Positions 1 through 13,059 of a DNA stretch of 64,000 nucleotides are shown one piece after another. Numbering within the stretch: the stretch's first letter is position 1; each line of letters starts with the position of its first letter. Source of the DNA: Takakia lepidozioides (Eukaryota; Plantae; Bryophyta); contig CM060732.1 in NCBI GenBank assembly GCA_030704615.1, forward strand, positions 68,386,001-68,450,000. Reading direction: 5' to 3'. A program made the translations under genes and the position numbers. A model generated the notes under the pieces. That model made no database searches. It had not been told where the DNA came from and saw nothing but the letters and a program-made list of their open reading frames with translations.

Positions 1-560
1 GAAACCACCATCATACTCTTACCCTTAGACTAGTGATTTCACTCCCGAGCTTGTACAAGAAGGTCTCTAGAAAGTCCTACTTGGTCACTTCCACTTCCAC
101 TATGGTGACCATCCACCTTCTACCCATTCACCTTCCAAAGGTGAGTTAAACAAGATAGTCTCTTAGACTTCTAAACCTTTGGCCTTCAAGACTCTTAGTC
201 TTCTAGATATGTTTAATTACTTCCAACACTCTCACTCAATTAAACCATATCATTGAGCTACTTCGTTTGTCTTTGGAGAAGAGACACCAAGTAAGGCTGA
301 ACACTTCATATGTTTTGTTTGTGGTAGACTCTTCGTCAAAACATCCGCAACCATATCTCTTGTAGCACAATAGATCACCTTGATCTCTCCTTTGCAACAA
401 CTTCCTGTATGTAGTGATGTTGCACTTCAATGTGTTTCGTCCTTGAATGATACCTCGGATTCTGACTTAGTGCAATCGCACTTTGATTGTCACAATAGAG
501 AGTCGTAGATAGTGATTGGAGATGACCCAAATCTCCAAGCAACTTCCGTAACCAAATAAC
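1..560 (-). mobile_element. Ty1/copia retrotransposon remnant (RNase H C-terminus and 3' region)
   Basis: The minus strand of ~250-500 translates, with a frameshift, to YCDNQSAIALSQNPRYHSRTKHIEVQHHYIQE...DMVADVLTKSL, the canonical end of copia RNase H. Confidence 0.8.
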
Positions 561-2299
561 CTCATTTGCTACTTGTCACAAGGTAGAAGATGACATGTTT
601 CAACTTTGTTCTAGGCTGGCTGCCTGCATAAAGTAATCGGATTATATTGGAAGTAGGTGGAAGAGGCGTCCCTAAATTCCTACAGACGTAGAAAACCCAT
701 AAACAAAACGTAGGACTAGGAAACGCTAATCGCCCTGTGAAGTAGAGATGATAAGCTTTGCTTTGCCGGTAGGAAATTAGACTATTTAGATCCGTCCATA
801 GCTGCCACGGACCCTTGCACTTACCGCAGCCGGGTAGGCGGTTCGTTCAGCCCAACCTACACCGCAACTTGCCACGAACCCCTAGGCTAGTAAGCCGTCA
901 CCCTGGCCGCGCGCGACCGGGGCTCGTCACTGGGTCCTGTGAATGTCCTTCTAGCAGCTCTGGGTTTGGTACTGGGCTTCGATTCTGCAGGTAGACTGGC
1001 GCGTTTGCTGTCACATTGGGAAGGGGGTTCGGATGTTGCCTCTGCTGACCTTCGTGACTTTCCCTGCGGTTGTCCGTCCAGGCTGCAAGTCGATCCCTGG
1101 GTTTGCCAAATGGATGTGCCTTCATGAACATTACGACCTATCGATTGGGCCTGGTGGGCTTGGAAGTAACCTGTACCCGAGGATGGAAGAGGGCGCTGCT
1201 GATGTCGTGGTTGTATCCGTGGCTGATCTCTCCCTTTGCCAGAGCTCTGACCGCGAGAGTGGAAAAATGAGTCGGGAGTCATTGTGCCGGCTGAGGAAAG
1301 CAAGTGCTAAAGACACTCGGAGCTGGAATGGAGCAGCGAAGCGAAACGGGTCTGCAGTCTATCCGATCACTATGCTTTCAAGACTAAGCAAACCTTCACA
1401 CTGAGAGTTCACCAGGGGTGCTGGACGTTGGTTGTGGCAAGGAGAAGGCAGTTGCGTGGGAGAGCTAAGCTTAGCTGTTGGGGAGGGGGGCATGAATCGT
1501 AATGAGATGACAGTGAACTTTGATCGAGATCATAAATGGTGACGGCCGTCAGCCAAAGGCCTGAGCTTCCCAAGATGAAAATAGATCTGATGCCTTCTTC
1601 GAAAACTTGAAAATCCATGTTTGGGCCTCGCCGTGGGTGGAGGAGAGAGACGAAGAGACCGTTGCTGTCGGCTCTCCTCTCACCGCAGATTGCGGAGCTC
1701 CATGGGCGCTCCATCCTCCACTTTCATTTATTGTGTGCACAAGAAGTTGAACGGATGTCATTCAATAAAAGATAGAATATTCTCTTGACAACTGTCTCGA
1801 TCGAATTGGAAGTCTAATCGAAAGTATCGGTGCTAAAGCAGCTGAAACCCATTGCGTAGTTCTGCCTTAGGAAGGCAGGGGCAACAAACTTACATATGTA
1901 ATCTCTCATTGAATGTAACCTAGATAGAGATATTTCACGTGCAGACCCACATATTCAACAGCAGGTGGAATTTTTTTTTTAAATTAATTTGAGTAAAAGG
2001 GCCTCCGTCCCCTTTCTCTTAAAAATTAAAAAATTAAAACAAAACAAAATAAAATAAAAAACATATTCAAACCTGCTGTAGCATGGCCTATATATGGACC
2101 ACTAGGATTATACAATGGAAACATAACGCTCAAAAGATTATCCTGGCTATGGGAGGGATACCTTTCAAATCCTTTCTATAACGTATCCCCCCACACATTG
2201 ACAATGCTTGCACTACATCATTTTAGGCTCCTTCATCGCCGTGCCCAAGACCTTCCCCCAAAATATCAAACAAGCGGCTAGTCGAGTAATGGATCCACC

Positions 2300-5210
2300 C
2301 TAAAACTCTTAAGTTGAAAATTTCCTAAGAAGGCTGACTGCCCTAATGGAAAACGAAAGAGATCCCCTGCTCAACCATTGGCAGCTCCCAGCCAGAGCTC
2401 TCTGCAGAATTTGCAGCATGCTGGTTCCAAACATATCCCGAATCCCTCCTCAGACTGGCCCCCATCACATTATCAGGCACTACCTGCGCACCAAGATACG
2501 TTGCAGTTCAAACGACCCCTCTTGAACGGCAATGTCAACTTCAAGGATTCAGTGGACCCGATGTGAATGGAGGCAGGCTACCTACTCAACAGTTGAACAA
2601 CAAAGGGAAAGCCAAGATCACTGACCGTTCTCCCCTGTCTCCTCCGAAGGTGCCCCTACTTACATCATCAAGCTGCAACAACCCAGACCCAAATGTGATC
2701 ACTGGCATAGCAAACAATTCTACATTTGCAAACATGTGTCTTGCAGTCAACACTTTCCCGGCTCTAAATTTGAAAGGTTGTTCGGCCCTGGAGATCTTTG
2801 AGACACCTAAAGCTACATGTATCACCCCCTCTCATTTTCAGGAGGGACCGTCTGCCCTCAATCCTCATCACGTCGGATGACAAGGAGCTGGTTGAATCCC
2901 TATGGGTGTCCACTTCGGATGTGAATCAATTTGTCAGAACTTGTCCTCCCAACAGCAGCCGTGACATTATGTTCAAGCTAAAAATTCAGGAATTCTTCCA
3001 AGCTTTCCCGCCACACTATTTTTTGGCCTCCTTGGTCAAAATCTCTTGTGGGGCTTACTTGGAGGACCATCCAAGTATCAGCTGCAAGCCAAGTACACAT
3101 GTTTTGGCTCTTATGGAGGAGGCGGAAATTTATGCAATTCCTCCACCTCTGGAAGCAATGTGGACATACAGCTCTTGGAAACTTTGCTGGACTCAGAGAT
3201 TGAAGAGGACATTCGCAGAATGGAAGTGCAAAGAGCCCGCGACCTCCTTTACGGTGTCCTGGCTTCAAGCCCCTCAGTCAACTCCTCCGAAGAAGGCAGA
3301 GACCCTGCACCAGCATCTCTCATGGGTACTAAACAGGACCTTTCCAAAAACGTCAGTGACCTGCATATATCCCCACCAGCAGTCATCCCAAGCTCTCCGA
3401 CACCAGCACAAGATCCCTCTTCACCCCAAGCATTGCTTCCTCTCCCTCAAGTCTCTCCAATCCAGGTTCATTCTACCCCCTCCCCTTGCATTATTTTTCA
3501 AGTCCTTTCTAGGGAGCCGTTCAAATGTTGGTTGCTTTGCAGGAAACCCCGTAGGCAAATGAAGAAATCTATCAGGCAGCACCTGCCTTCCATTCTGCTC
3601 AACAATGCAACGCCATTAGGACCTCTCTCATTGATCATGATTTCTCTAGCTCTATATCCCCTGCTACCCTCCTTACTCTCCGTAGACTTCTAATTCCCTG
3701 CCAACGTCAGTATATCCTCTGGATCTCACCCATCTCCTCCAAACAATTTCAGTCCGTAGACACCCCTCTTCCCCAGCAAAACCTTAGAGGCATTTTTATC
3801 CAGATTACCAGAAAAAACCCAAAACCCCCGGTGGACCACACGTGGATTAAATCTCTCTGCCCAAGTGACAAAAGAGTTAAATTCTTCTTCAATTTTTTGA
3901 GGTCATCAAATGAAGCTTTGGCTTCCAGCCTCCTTTCTTTCTCTAATTGACATCCACTCCTGGAATGTCAAGGACTAGGCTCAGATACAGCCTCCCTTAA
4001 ACGGGTCAAGGTGAAAACTTGGCTCAGCTCTTTCCTTCGAAGCAACTCGGTGGTGTTCCTGCAAGAACATAAATTAGACCAGAACAAGATTAACAACCTT
4101 TCTGATTTCTTCTGGCCAGCAGCTTCTGCTCTCTGGAAGCCAACCTCGGAAACAACAAAGGAGGTACAGCCATTTTGATCTCCCCCTCTTTTCAGCCATT
4201 TGTTACCTCGGAATCCTTATGGGTACCAGGCAGATTTGAGCACGGGATATCTCCCGTGGTGGGGGGAGGTCTGAAAGCACCAGCAGCAAGCTGACATTGT
4301 ATTTGAAATTGTATTTGACTTTGTATCTGACCTTGTATTTGACGGTTCAATGCATTTCGTTTGTTATTTCATGTCCTCAATGTGACAAAGATTTTTCTAT
4401 CCCTTAAGTTTCAATAATTCAAAAATATTATTTCAATGTTTCTACCAATAATTTTGAGTCACGACCCATTGTGGTTTTAAAGCTCTTACTTTGTTTCTTA
4501 TATGATATTGACATGCATTTGTTACATTTTCACGGGAAAGCTCCTCTCATCTTCTCTCCCCAACCATCATGTAGTAATCGAATGATGCGTTTCGCGTCAG
4601 TTGCAAGAAACTACCTATCGAGTGCACGGGAGATCTCCCCTCCATGAATATACTCACGAGCGATCTCCTCAAATTCAACATAGGTGTCTTGCTTGTCATT
4701 TATTTTGCAAAGGACGATGCTACTTTTCGGACCAATCCTGGAAAATTCAAAAATGTAAGCTTTAATGCATTGTTAATACCATATTTATTAATTATTTATA
4801 ATTATTTAACAGATGTCCAGATTTCATCCTTTTGTCCATATTTACTTAAAATGGTGTTATTGCAGATTCGCATTCTCTCTCTTCCCAACAGCGCCGGGCC
4901 TATCGGTCTTGTCAACATTTACGCCCCCAATTCAGCTTCAGACAGAGCTGAATTCTGGTCAACGCTCAACTCAAAAATGCAGGCAGAACCTTCAGTTGTT
5001 AGCTGGCTCCTGGCAGACGACTTTAACATGGTGGAAGTTCAACATGACAGAAGAGGCAAAGGCTCTTTTAGCCCAAACTTCTCCCTCCCATCATGGAGAG
5101 ATCTCCGCACCCCCTTCCACGATGTCCCCCGAATTCGATAGGGACGTTAACTGGAAACATCTAACGCCTTCCTCGGTTGCATCGCGTCTTCACTATAGAT
5201 AGGCTTCTTG
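2300..5210 (+). mobile_element. Degraded L1-like LINE (ORF1 remnants and APE endonuclease N-terminus)
   Basis: SWNV..LG and VFLQEHK at ~3950-4080; VNIYAPN and WLLADDFNMVE at ~4880-5040. Stops and frameshifts are present; boundaries are approximate. Confidence 0.65.
4239..4861. mobile_element. AT-rich unclassified insertion splitting the LINE endonuclease
   Basis: Flanked by GCAGATTTG (4230-4238) and GCAGATTCG (4862-4870). Near-perfect hairpin CACGGGATATCTCCCGTG at the left end, with variants at ~4531 and ~4626. Confidence 0.45.
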
Positions 5211-6839
5211 GTCTCTACAGACCTTTTAGCAAGGTCCCTTCTCCTTGTAGCATCATAAGTCTGTGTCTTAAGTGCTGTTGTTTCATGGATCACTAAATGG
5301 TAGCTTTAATGGTCCTTGGTTTTAAGGAAAGTGGTGACACTTAGTTCTTCATGACATCTCCTTTATGGAAGTATGGCTCGTTCAATCATTGATCAAGATG
5401 AGTGTGCCTTATGGCGTAAGAGGGGTTTTATTTTTTTTCCCCGACCAAATAACTTGTAAGGGCTTCGCCCCATCAAAATATTTTATAATAAAGTTAATCA
5501 GGGCTACAATCCCCCTGTTAACCAAAAAATAAAAAATAAAACAATTAAATATTGATGTATGATATTACAAAATTGATTTCAAATTTACTAGTTATTAAAA
5601 TATTGAAATGTTTAAAGAAATACTCACTGAAATATTAAAATACTGGTTGAAGAACTGGCTGAAATATTAATATACTTGCTGAAAAACTGGCTGAAATACT
5701 GAAATACTTGCTGAGAAACTTCTGAAGAGAATAGGTTTTCCATTTTAAAGTTGATAGACTACTGCACCTACAACAGACGGGCATAGATGTAGGTCTGAGT
5801 ACGAATTAATGAGGTAGTTTGCCGTTTGAGCACTGTCCTGGTTGAGGGCCACTAGTCTTGGAGATACTCTTGGTCAAAAACCTTTGTAGCTGATTCATTT
5901 TCCTGCACAAAAGCAGAGTACGATGTCTTCTCATGTCAATATTGAAACCAGAAAATTGCTTGAAAATGAATATTTCAAAATGTTTTGCTAGACTCCTTGA
6001 AACTTATAGGATTCAAATGATTTACTGTAGGTTTCCTGCACCAAAGTACAGTGTCTTCTCATGTCAAGATTAAAACCATGCACATGCCTTATAGCTAGCC
6101 CTCCCAATTAGTGTCTTAGGGAGAAGCCAGTGAATTCAAGAAATGGACAGAGAATCAGCCCAAAGAGATGAATGACGGCTGGAGAGCTTCGGGGTTTATG
6201 GGAAGCATCTTCTAAGAGCAAGAACAACATTGACTGACTGAACCCATCCCCTCAAATAGCATTGCCACGCCAGTCAAAACAGTAGCAGTGACTTGAGCCA
6301 AGTAAATTACATGGAATCACGCACTGTGTCCCAAAAACTTACCACATAAAGATGCATCAGGCTAGTGAGGTGGCACTGCATGCTCTTGGCAAAATGTTTC
6401 ATATTGACAGTCTGCACTCCATTCATCACCATGTTGAGAGTTAGATTTGTGTATAGTAAAGCATCTTCTGAGTTCCCACCATGTAGGAATAGGGGACCTA
6501 GTATCAAAGGTCACTGGTTTGGCCAAGGTTATCAAATCTACAAAAATATGCTACACATTGTTTTCAATGTTGGCAATCCCTCGGCCACTTTGGGCGACAT
6601 TGAGGCCAACATCATCCCAGATTTCACATACATCTATCCTTTAAAAATCCCCCTGTGCAATGCAAATATACGTATGGCTCTCTGAAAGATGCACATGCGG
6701 ATTGTGGTTCCTATACTATTAACAATAACTCAAGAACATACAACCGTCCCCCAACCCGCCATAACATCTTGTAGGCAGTACTCATGGCCGGTATATATGA
6801 TGCTTTGAGAACTCTCCCACACCAATTTCTTTCGACAAC

Positions 6840-9800
6840 ACCTTGAGGGATTCAGATTTGAACTGTTGCTCACCATCCTTCAGGAGTGCAAGGAACATTG
6901 GGCCATCGACGTCCGGCTGGATCTATCAATTGCATTGGTGTAGTTTTTGGTGGCATAAATGTTTTTCCAAATTTGATATTAAACTTCTGATGCATGATTG
7001 GACTTTTTCCTCGACAGATTGGTGGCACTATCCTAGGCCTCCAAGAACTGCTTTTGGACATTGTTGGTGCATCATTCTTTGCTTGCCTTAGGTGGTTATT
7101 GATCACAATACAACAGATCGTGGTATTTATGACTGTATATATGACTATTCTGCAGTCATAAACAATACATATGACTTCTATGACTGTAAGTCGTGCAAAA
7201 CAAGTCAATACAATGAGTACAAGATGGTACGGTCCGGATGACTACAGTCATATGAACCAAGTGATATCTCTCACTGCAGTCATATATACCATACTGCAGC
7301 CGCCGCTGCCGCGCCACGTGGCGAGGCGCAATTGATTTAAAAAATTTAATTTAATTTTAAAAAAACTTTAAAAAAAAATAAAAATATGTCAAACGCCGCG
7401 TCGCACCGCATTGTGCCACGTGGCATAATGCATTTTATAATAATGAAAAAACCACGTGGCAGTCCATCTAGGGTACCACGTGCTATCCTTAGCTCGCCTA
7501 CGAACCCTAGGGCCATCTTATCCATTTGATTATACTTAGAGGAGTTTGAACCTGCGATCTCTTTACTATAAGAGTTATAGTTCACTACCTGTTAACTAAT
7601 ACACCCATTAGTAATTCATATGATGATATGGTGTTTTAATTGTATTATACACACCAAATTACAAAATCCCCAGTAGTCATCATGACTATGTAACCTCATC
7701 CATGTACACTGTAGTCGTGGAAATGACTATGAATGGTGAGCTAAATCTGGTCAATTGTCGTTGACTAACCTTCCGCCCATTCCGGAGCCATGTAGCCATA
7801 CAGACGACTATTTCGATAGTCGTTCATATGACTACAGTCGTATGAACGACTGCAGGAGGTCAATTTCATATAAAAACATGGTGCAGTCATGGTCAAAGTC
7901 ATGAAAACCATGACTACCATGGTTTGGCAGTCATAACTACCGCGATCTGTTGTAGTGTCAGCTACGGGATTACTCTGTTCGTCAGGTTCAGGAAACTTGG
8001 CACTCTCTTGACCAATAGCCTGCACTTTCAGTAACACTCTTGAGGGATTCATATTTGAATTGTTGCTCATCATCTTTCAAGAGTGCAAGGAATTTGGGAA
8101 GTTCCGGTATCTAGAAGTCATGTTGCAAATCTGCCAGACCATTCACATCGTCTGGCACTCTTTTGCTGACATCTACTCTGTGAAAAATGTGGGCTAGTAG
8201 TGTTAGGTTTGTGGTTTCCATGTTCAAACACACAGATGTCATCTTCTGTGAATTTGTGTATTCTACAAAGTTCTTACCCCATCCTTTTGTTAATCCCATG
8301 TGGGTCTCGTTCTCCCGGAGCCATACCATTGGGCCATCGACGCCCGACTGGATCTATCAATTGCATTGGTGTAGTCTTTGGTGACATAAATATTTATTCC
8401 AAATTTGATTATAAACTTCTGATGCATGATTGGACTTTTTCCTCGACAGATTGGTGGCACTATCCTAGGCCACCAAGAACTGCTTTTGGACATTGCCGGT
8501 GCATCATTCTTTGCTTGCCTTAGGTGGTTATTGATCTGCTGCATGATTGATCTGTTTACCAAGTTCAGGAAACTTGGCACTCTCTTGACCAATAGCCTGC
8601 ACTTCACACTCTTGAGGGATTCAATTTTGAATTGTTGCTCACCATCCTTCAGGAGTGCAAGGAATTTGGGAAGTTCCGGTATCTAGAAGTCATATTGCAA
8701 ATCTGCCAGACCATTCACATCGTCTGGCACTCTTTTGCTGACATCTGCTCTGTGAAAAATGTGAGCTAGTAGTGTTAGGTTTGTGGTTTCCATATTCAAA
8801 CACACAGATGTCATCTTCTGTGAATTTGTGTATTCTACAAAGTTCTTACTCCATCATTTTGTTAATCCCATGTGGGTCTCGTTCTCCCGGAGCCATACCA
8901 TTGGGCCATCGACGCCCGGCTGGATCTATCAATTGCATTGGTGTAGTCTTTGGTGGCATAAATATTTATTCCAAATTTGATAATAAACTTCTGATGCATG
9001 ATTGGACTTTTTCCTCGACAGATTGGTGGCACTATCCTCGGCCTCCAAGAACTGCTTTTGGACATTGCTGGTGCATCATTCCTTGCTTGCCTTAGGTGGT
9101 TATTGATCAGTTGCAGGATTGATCTGTTTGCCAGGTTTAGGAAACTTGGCACTCTCTTGACCAATAGCCTGCACTTCAGTAACACTCTTGAGGGATTCAG
9201 ATTTGAATTGTTGCTCACCATCCTTCAAGAGTGCAAGGAATTTGGGAAGTTCCGGTATCTAGAAGTCATGTTGCAAATCTGCCAGACCATTCACATCGTC
9301 TGGCACTCTTTTGCTGACATCTACTCTGTGAAAAATGTGGGCTAGTAGTGTTAGGTTTGTGGTTTCCATGTTCAAACACACAGATGTCACCTTCTGTGAA
9401 TTTGTGTGTTTTGCAGAATTCTGACCCATCCTTTTGTGAATCCCATGTAATCAGTTCTTCTTTCTTGGCTACTAGTAATTGTAAACTTGTATATGAAGAT
9501 ATCTGGATATTTATTTATAAGGATATTCAGTCTTACACTTTTGACAGCCAGTAGAAGGTCGAATTCATCGATGACTTTGTGTTTCTATGGTGAACTACAA
9601 AGGCTCCATTTTCAGAATCTACCTCATTATCTCTTATATGGACTCGCCAGAGGTATAGTTGAGCCCTAAATTCAGTTTACTCGACAATGATTACGGAGAC
9701 CTAAGGATCCAAGGGGCACATAACCAGCTTTCTACTGGACAGAACCAAATGAGCTACCGATTCTGTGGAGCATTAAAGATCATCTGAAGACCTAGGCCCC

Positions 9801-10330
9801 TCAACGTCACAACTGCATCCAGTCCGAGTCTTCCAGTTCCATCTCCATCTCCACCTCCCGAATATAGTGGATACGGTGAATTTGGTGTGCTCACTTCAAG
9901 TTTCCACAGGTCTTGTCATTCTCCCGGAGCCATACCATTGGCTATCGACGCCCAGCTGGATCTCTCAATTGTGTGGTGTAGTCTCTGGTGGCATAAATAT
10001 TTTTCCAAATTTGATTTTCAACCTCTGATGCATGACTGGATTTTTTCGTCGACAGATTGGTGGCACTATCCTCCAAGAACTGCTTTTGGACATTGCTGGT
10101 GCATCATTCCTTGCTTGCCTCATGTGGTTGTTGAGCTGCAGGATTGCTCTGTTCGCTAGGTTCAGGCAACTTGACACTCTCTTGACCAATAGCTTGCACT
10201 TCAGTAACACTCTTGAGGGATTCAGACTTGAATTGTTGCTCGCCATCCTTCAGGAGTGCAAGGAATTTGGGAAGTTCCCGTATCTAAAAGTCCGGTCGCA
10301 AATCTGCCACACTATTCACGTCGTCTGGTA
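6840..10330. repeat. Tandem/dispersed ~575-bp repeat (about 2.6 tandem copies at 7960-9450 plus partial or diverged copies at 6840-7105 and 9917-10330)
   Basis: GTTCCGGTATCTAGAAGTC recurs at ~8101, 8673 and 9250; near-identical translated ORFs recur in the ORF track. Origin unrecognised. Confidence 0.85.
7106..7957. mobile_element. Non-autonomous CACTA element
   Basis: Ends CAATACAACAGATCGTGGTA and TACCGCGATCTGTTGTAGTG form a TIR; 3-bp TSD TCA (7103-7105 and 7958-7960); ATGACT/AGTCAT subterminal repeats. The empty site is visible in the neighbouring repeat copies. Confidence 0.85.
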
Positions 10331-10949
10331 CTTTATTAGATATTTTTATCTTTAATTTGAAAAAACATTTAGACGTCAAAATCTAGAGTTTACAACCACT
10401 TGTCTATATACCACCTGGCACCTCTAGATTATAGGTTTGTATGCCTTTTTAGTAAAAGATGACACCTCAAAAATCCAAAACATAAGATGGTATGGACTAG
10501 AGCAAATCAACATGTTTTTAGGTGCAAAATAGTCCATAGCTCTCAATCTTCAAGTTTTTTTACCTTGCTTACGCGATAAGCGGACTGTAATCGATATTTT
10601 ACATTCATCCACTCTACTTTCATCCTGATTTTTATCATATCATATTCATCCACCATTCATCCACTCACCAATCTTATTGCCAAGCCTTAATCACACTCTA
10701 GGAATACTAAGCTCCCATTTTCGACGATTAAGCCCTGCGACAATATGGCTTCTAGGAGTTCACGGACCGCGGTAATAGGCCCAACCCTAAATTCTAATTC
10801 TGAGCAACGTGAGCAGAATTCTGCTCACAATATTTTCTGCTCACAATCTAGCACGCCCCCAATGGGCCACGACAAAAACCTTTTAACTGCGGAGAAGTGC
10901 ATAGTGGAGAGACCACATAAGCCCAAATTTTTACTGTAAGTGAGGCAAG

Positions 10950-11660
10950 AAGTCAAATCGAAGGAGCCGAGTCAGGATTGGGTTGAAGGGATCTTGAAGG
11001 ATTATCACAATATGACGCCGAAGGATGTACCAAGCGACTTGCCACCATGAAGAGGAGTCGATTATAAGATCGAGGTGATATCGGGAACGAAGCCGTTTGC
11101 CAAAACACCTTAAAAGTTGAACCATAGAGAGTTGGTGGAACTGAAAGAGTAGCTCAGGGACCTAATGGTGAAATGATACATCCGCCTGTAAGTAACTCAC
11201 CTTATGGGGCCTCAATGCTATTTGCAGATAGAAAAAATGGGACGATGTGGATGTGTGTCGATTACAGGGCCCTTTACATGATGACAATCAAGAACCAGTA
11301 CCATTTGCCTATGATTGATGACCGTTTTGAACGGTTGGCAGATGCAAAGTATTTCAGTCGGATTGACCTAGGCTCGGGGTACCATCAAATTTGGATCGCA
11401 GAAGGAGATGAGGAAAAGACAGCATGCAAAACAAGGTGTTTTAGGTGATGTCGTTTGGGCTCACCAATGCATTGGTCATTCTAAGCACATTGATGAACAA
11501 CCTCTTATATGAGTGGTTAGATGACTTTGTGATTGTCTATGTTGACGACATCTTGGTCTTCTCGAAGAAAAAAGAACTCAAAGGTTGTTCCAAAAGTTAT
11601 GGAAAATAAAGCTCTACGCCAAAGTTTCAAAAGTGGAATTCGGGGTTACAAAAGTGGAAT
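10950..11660 (+). pseudogene. Ty3/gypsy reverse transcriptase remnant
   Basis: SPYGA..LF..RKNG..MCVDYRAL, YFSRIDL.SGYHQI, KTA, FGLTNA and YVDDILVFS, with stops and frameshifts. Confidence 0.85.
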
Positions 11661-12269
11661 CACTACTGCAAAAAGAGGGGTTAGCGATGACCATCCGCCA
11701 TGGCCTCGAAATGTCCGCGATGGGTATCGCGAGCTGGGTTGTGATCGACTAGCCATCGCAATTTGGTAGCAGTGTCGCAACACCGAAAGGTTGGGTGTTG
11801 GATCACGTTGCGACGCCTCCATGTCACAGGCCAGAGGGTTTTTTAGAAAATTGAGGCTGCAATGGGATGACGTCTGCATTGCAATGAGAAATCATTGTTA
11901 TTGCGATGGCAATGAGGCGGTGTTGCGACGCCGAGGGGTCGCAATGTGGATGTGAGGGAGAGATGTAGAACAAAAGGCAAACAAAAGGCAAACAAAAAAG
12001 GATGACAGGAGATGAAGGGCTTGTAGATGATAGAGGGCAATGGAGCAGGAGCAAGAGGACAAAGGCCAGAAACATCCTCCTAGCTATGGGACCTATCGAA
12101 AGGATGAGTTGACAAAGTCCATGATGCGGCACTTGAGGAAATGACATAAGTCGTAGTTCCAGTTGCAGAATGGACTGTTGTAGCACAAGAAAAACCGTGT
12201 CTATGTACTGTCGAAGGGGTGCTCAGATAAAGTCTCTTGAGGGAGTACCATGGTGGCCCGCTTGCGAGC

Positions 12270-12470
12270 CATTGCAGCAATACGCATTGCTGCACTCATG
12301 AAACAGGAGTATTTCTAACCCAAACTCTATTTCTAACGCAAACTAAGAGAAGATGCCGAGGAATATATGCAGCAATACGCATTGCTGCACTCCGGGCTAA
12401 AGCAAGAGTATTTCTAACCCAAACTCTATTTCTAACCCAAACTAAGGGAAGAGGCCGAGAAATATATAAA
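12270..12470. repeat. ~100-bp direct duplication upstream of the AFG1-like gene
   Basis: GCAGCAATACGCATTGCTGCACTC and GAGTATTTCTAACCCAAACTCTATTTCTAAC.CAAACTAAG each occur twice. Confidence 0.7.
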
Positions 12471-13059
12471 GACAAGCAACCACATGGCAGCAAAAACCAC
12501 ATGGCAGCAAAACCACAAACTACGTTGTAGTTTTCTAGATCCAAGCAGCTTTGTAATTATGAGAAAGAAAGCACGAACGCTGCCACCTCAGATTTGTGCC
12601 AAGTGTAAAGTGCACCTGAGAATGAAAATGCCGGGGATTGAGCAAATGCTCTCGTTGTAGCCCATCGCATTTCTGCACGGCATGGCGTGGCGACTCCGCA
12701 GACTACTCGCACTGATCGCTGCTCCACCCCAGCGCTATGCTCAACACAATCAGGGTGGGTGCGCTTCACTTCATGCATTGGGTGATTAGGTCTAGTGTTT
12801 AATGGGCACAGATCTTGCGATTCCAGTACCAAATACTTATAGTAAGCGATTGAATGTAAAGCCCGAGTGCCCAATTGGCTGTAACTGATTTTTTTCCCGA
12901 CATTGCACCTTTGCGCTGCTGCACTGGCCCTTAGTTGATCAGGCAACATGTTGCACGTTGAAACTGAATGACGGGCCTGCATTGGATTATGTTGAGAAAT
13001 TCCACTTCTGGTTTACACTTGGCCGGAAGGCTGGTTGATTACTCACTTCAGACTGGTGT

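Noticed and set aside
887-1761. Overlapping ORFs at 0.9-1.8 kb
   Set aside because: No diagnostic motifs; probably decayed retroelement sequence.
6843-10355. Recurrent ORFs in the ~575-bp repeat as a gene family
   Set aside because: The similarity only reflects DNA duplication; frames are broken differently in each copy and no motif was recognised.
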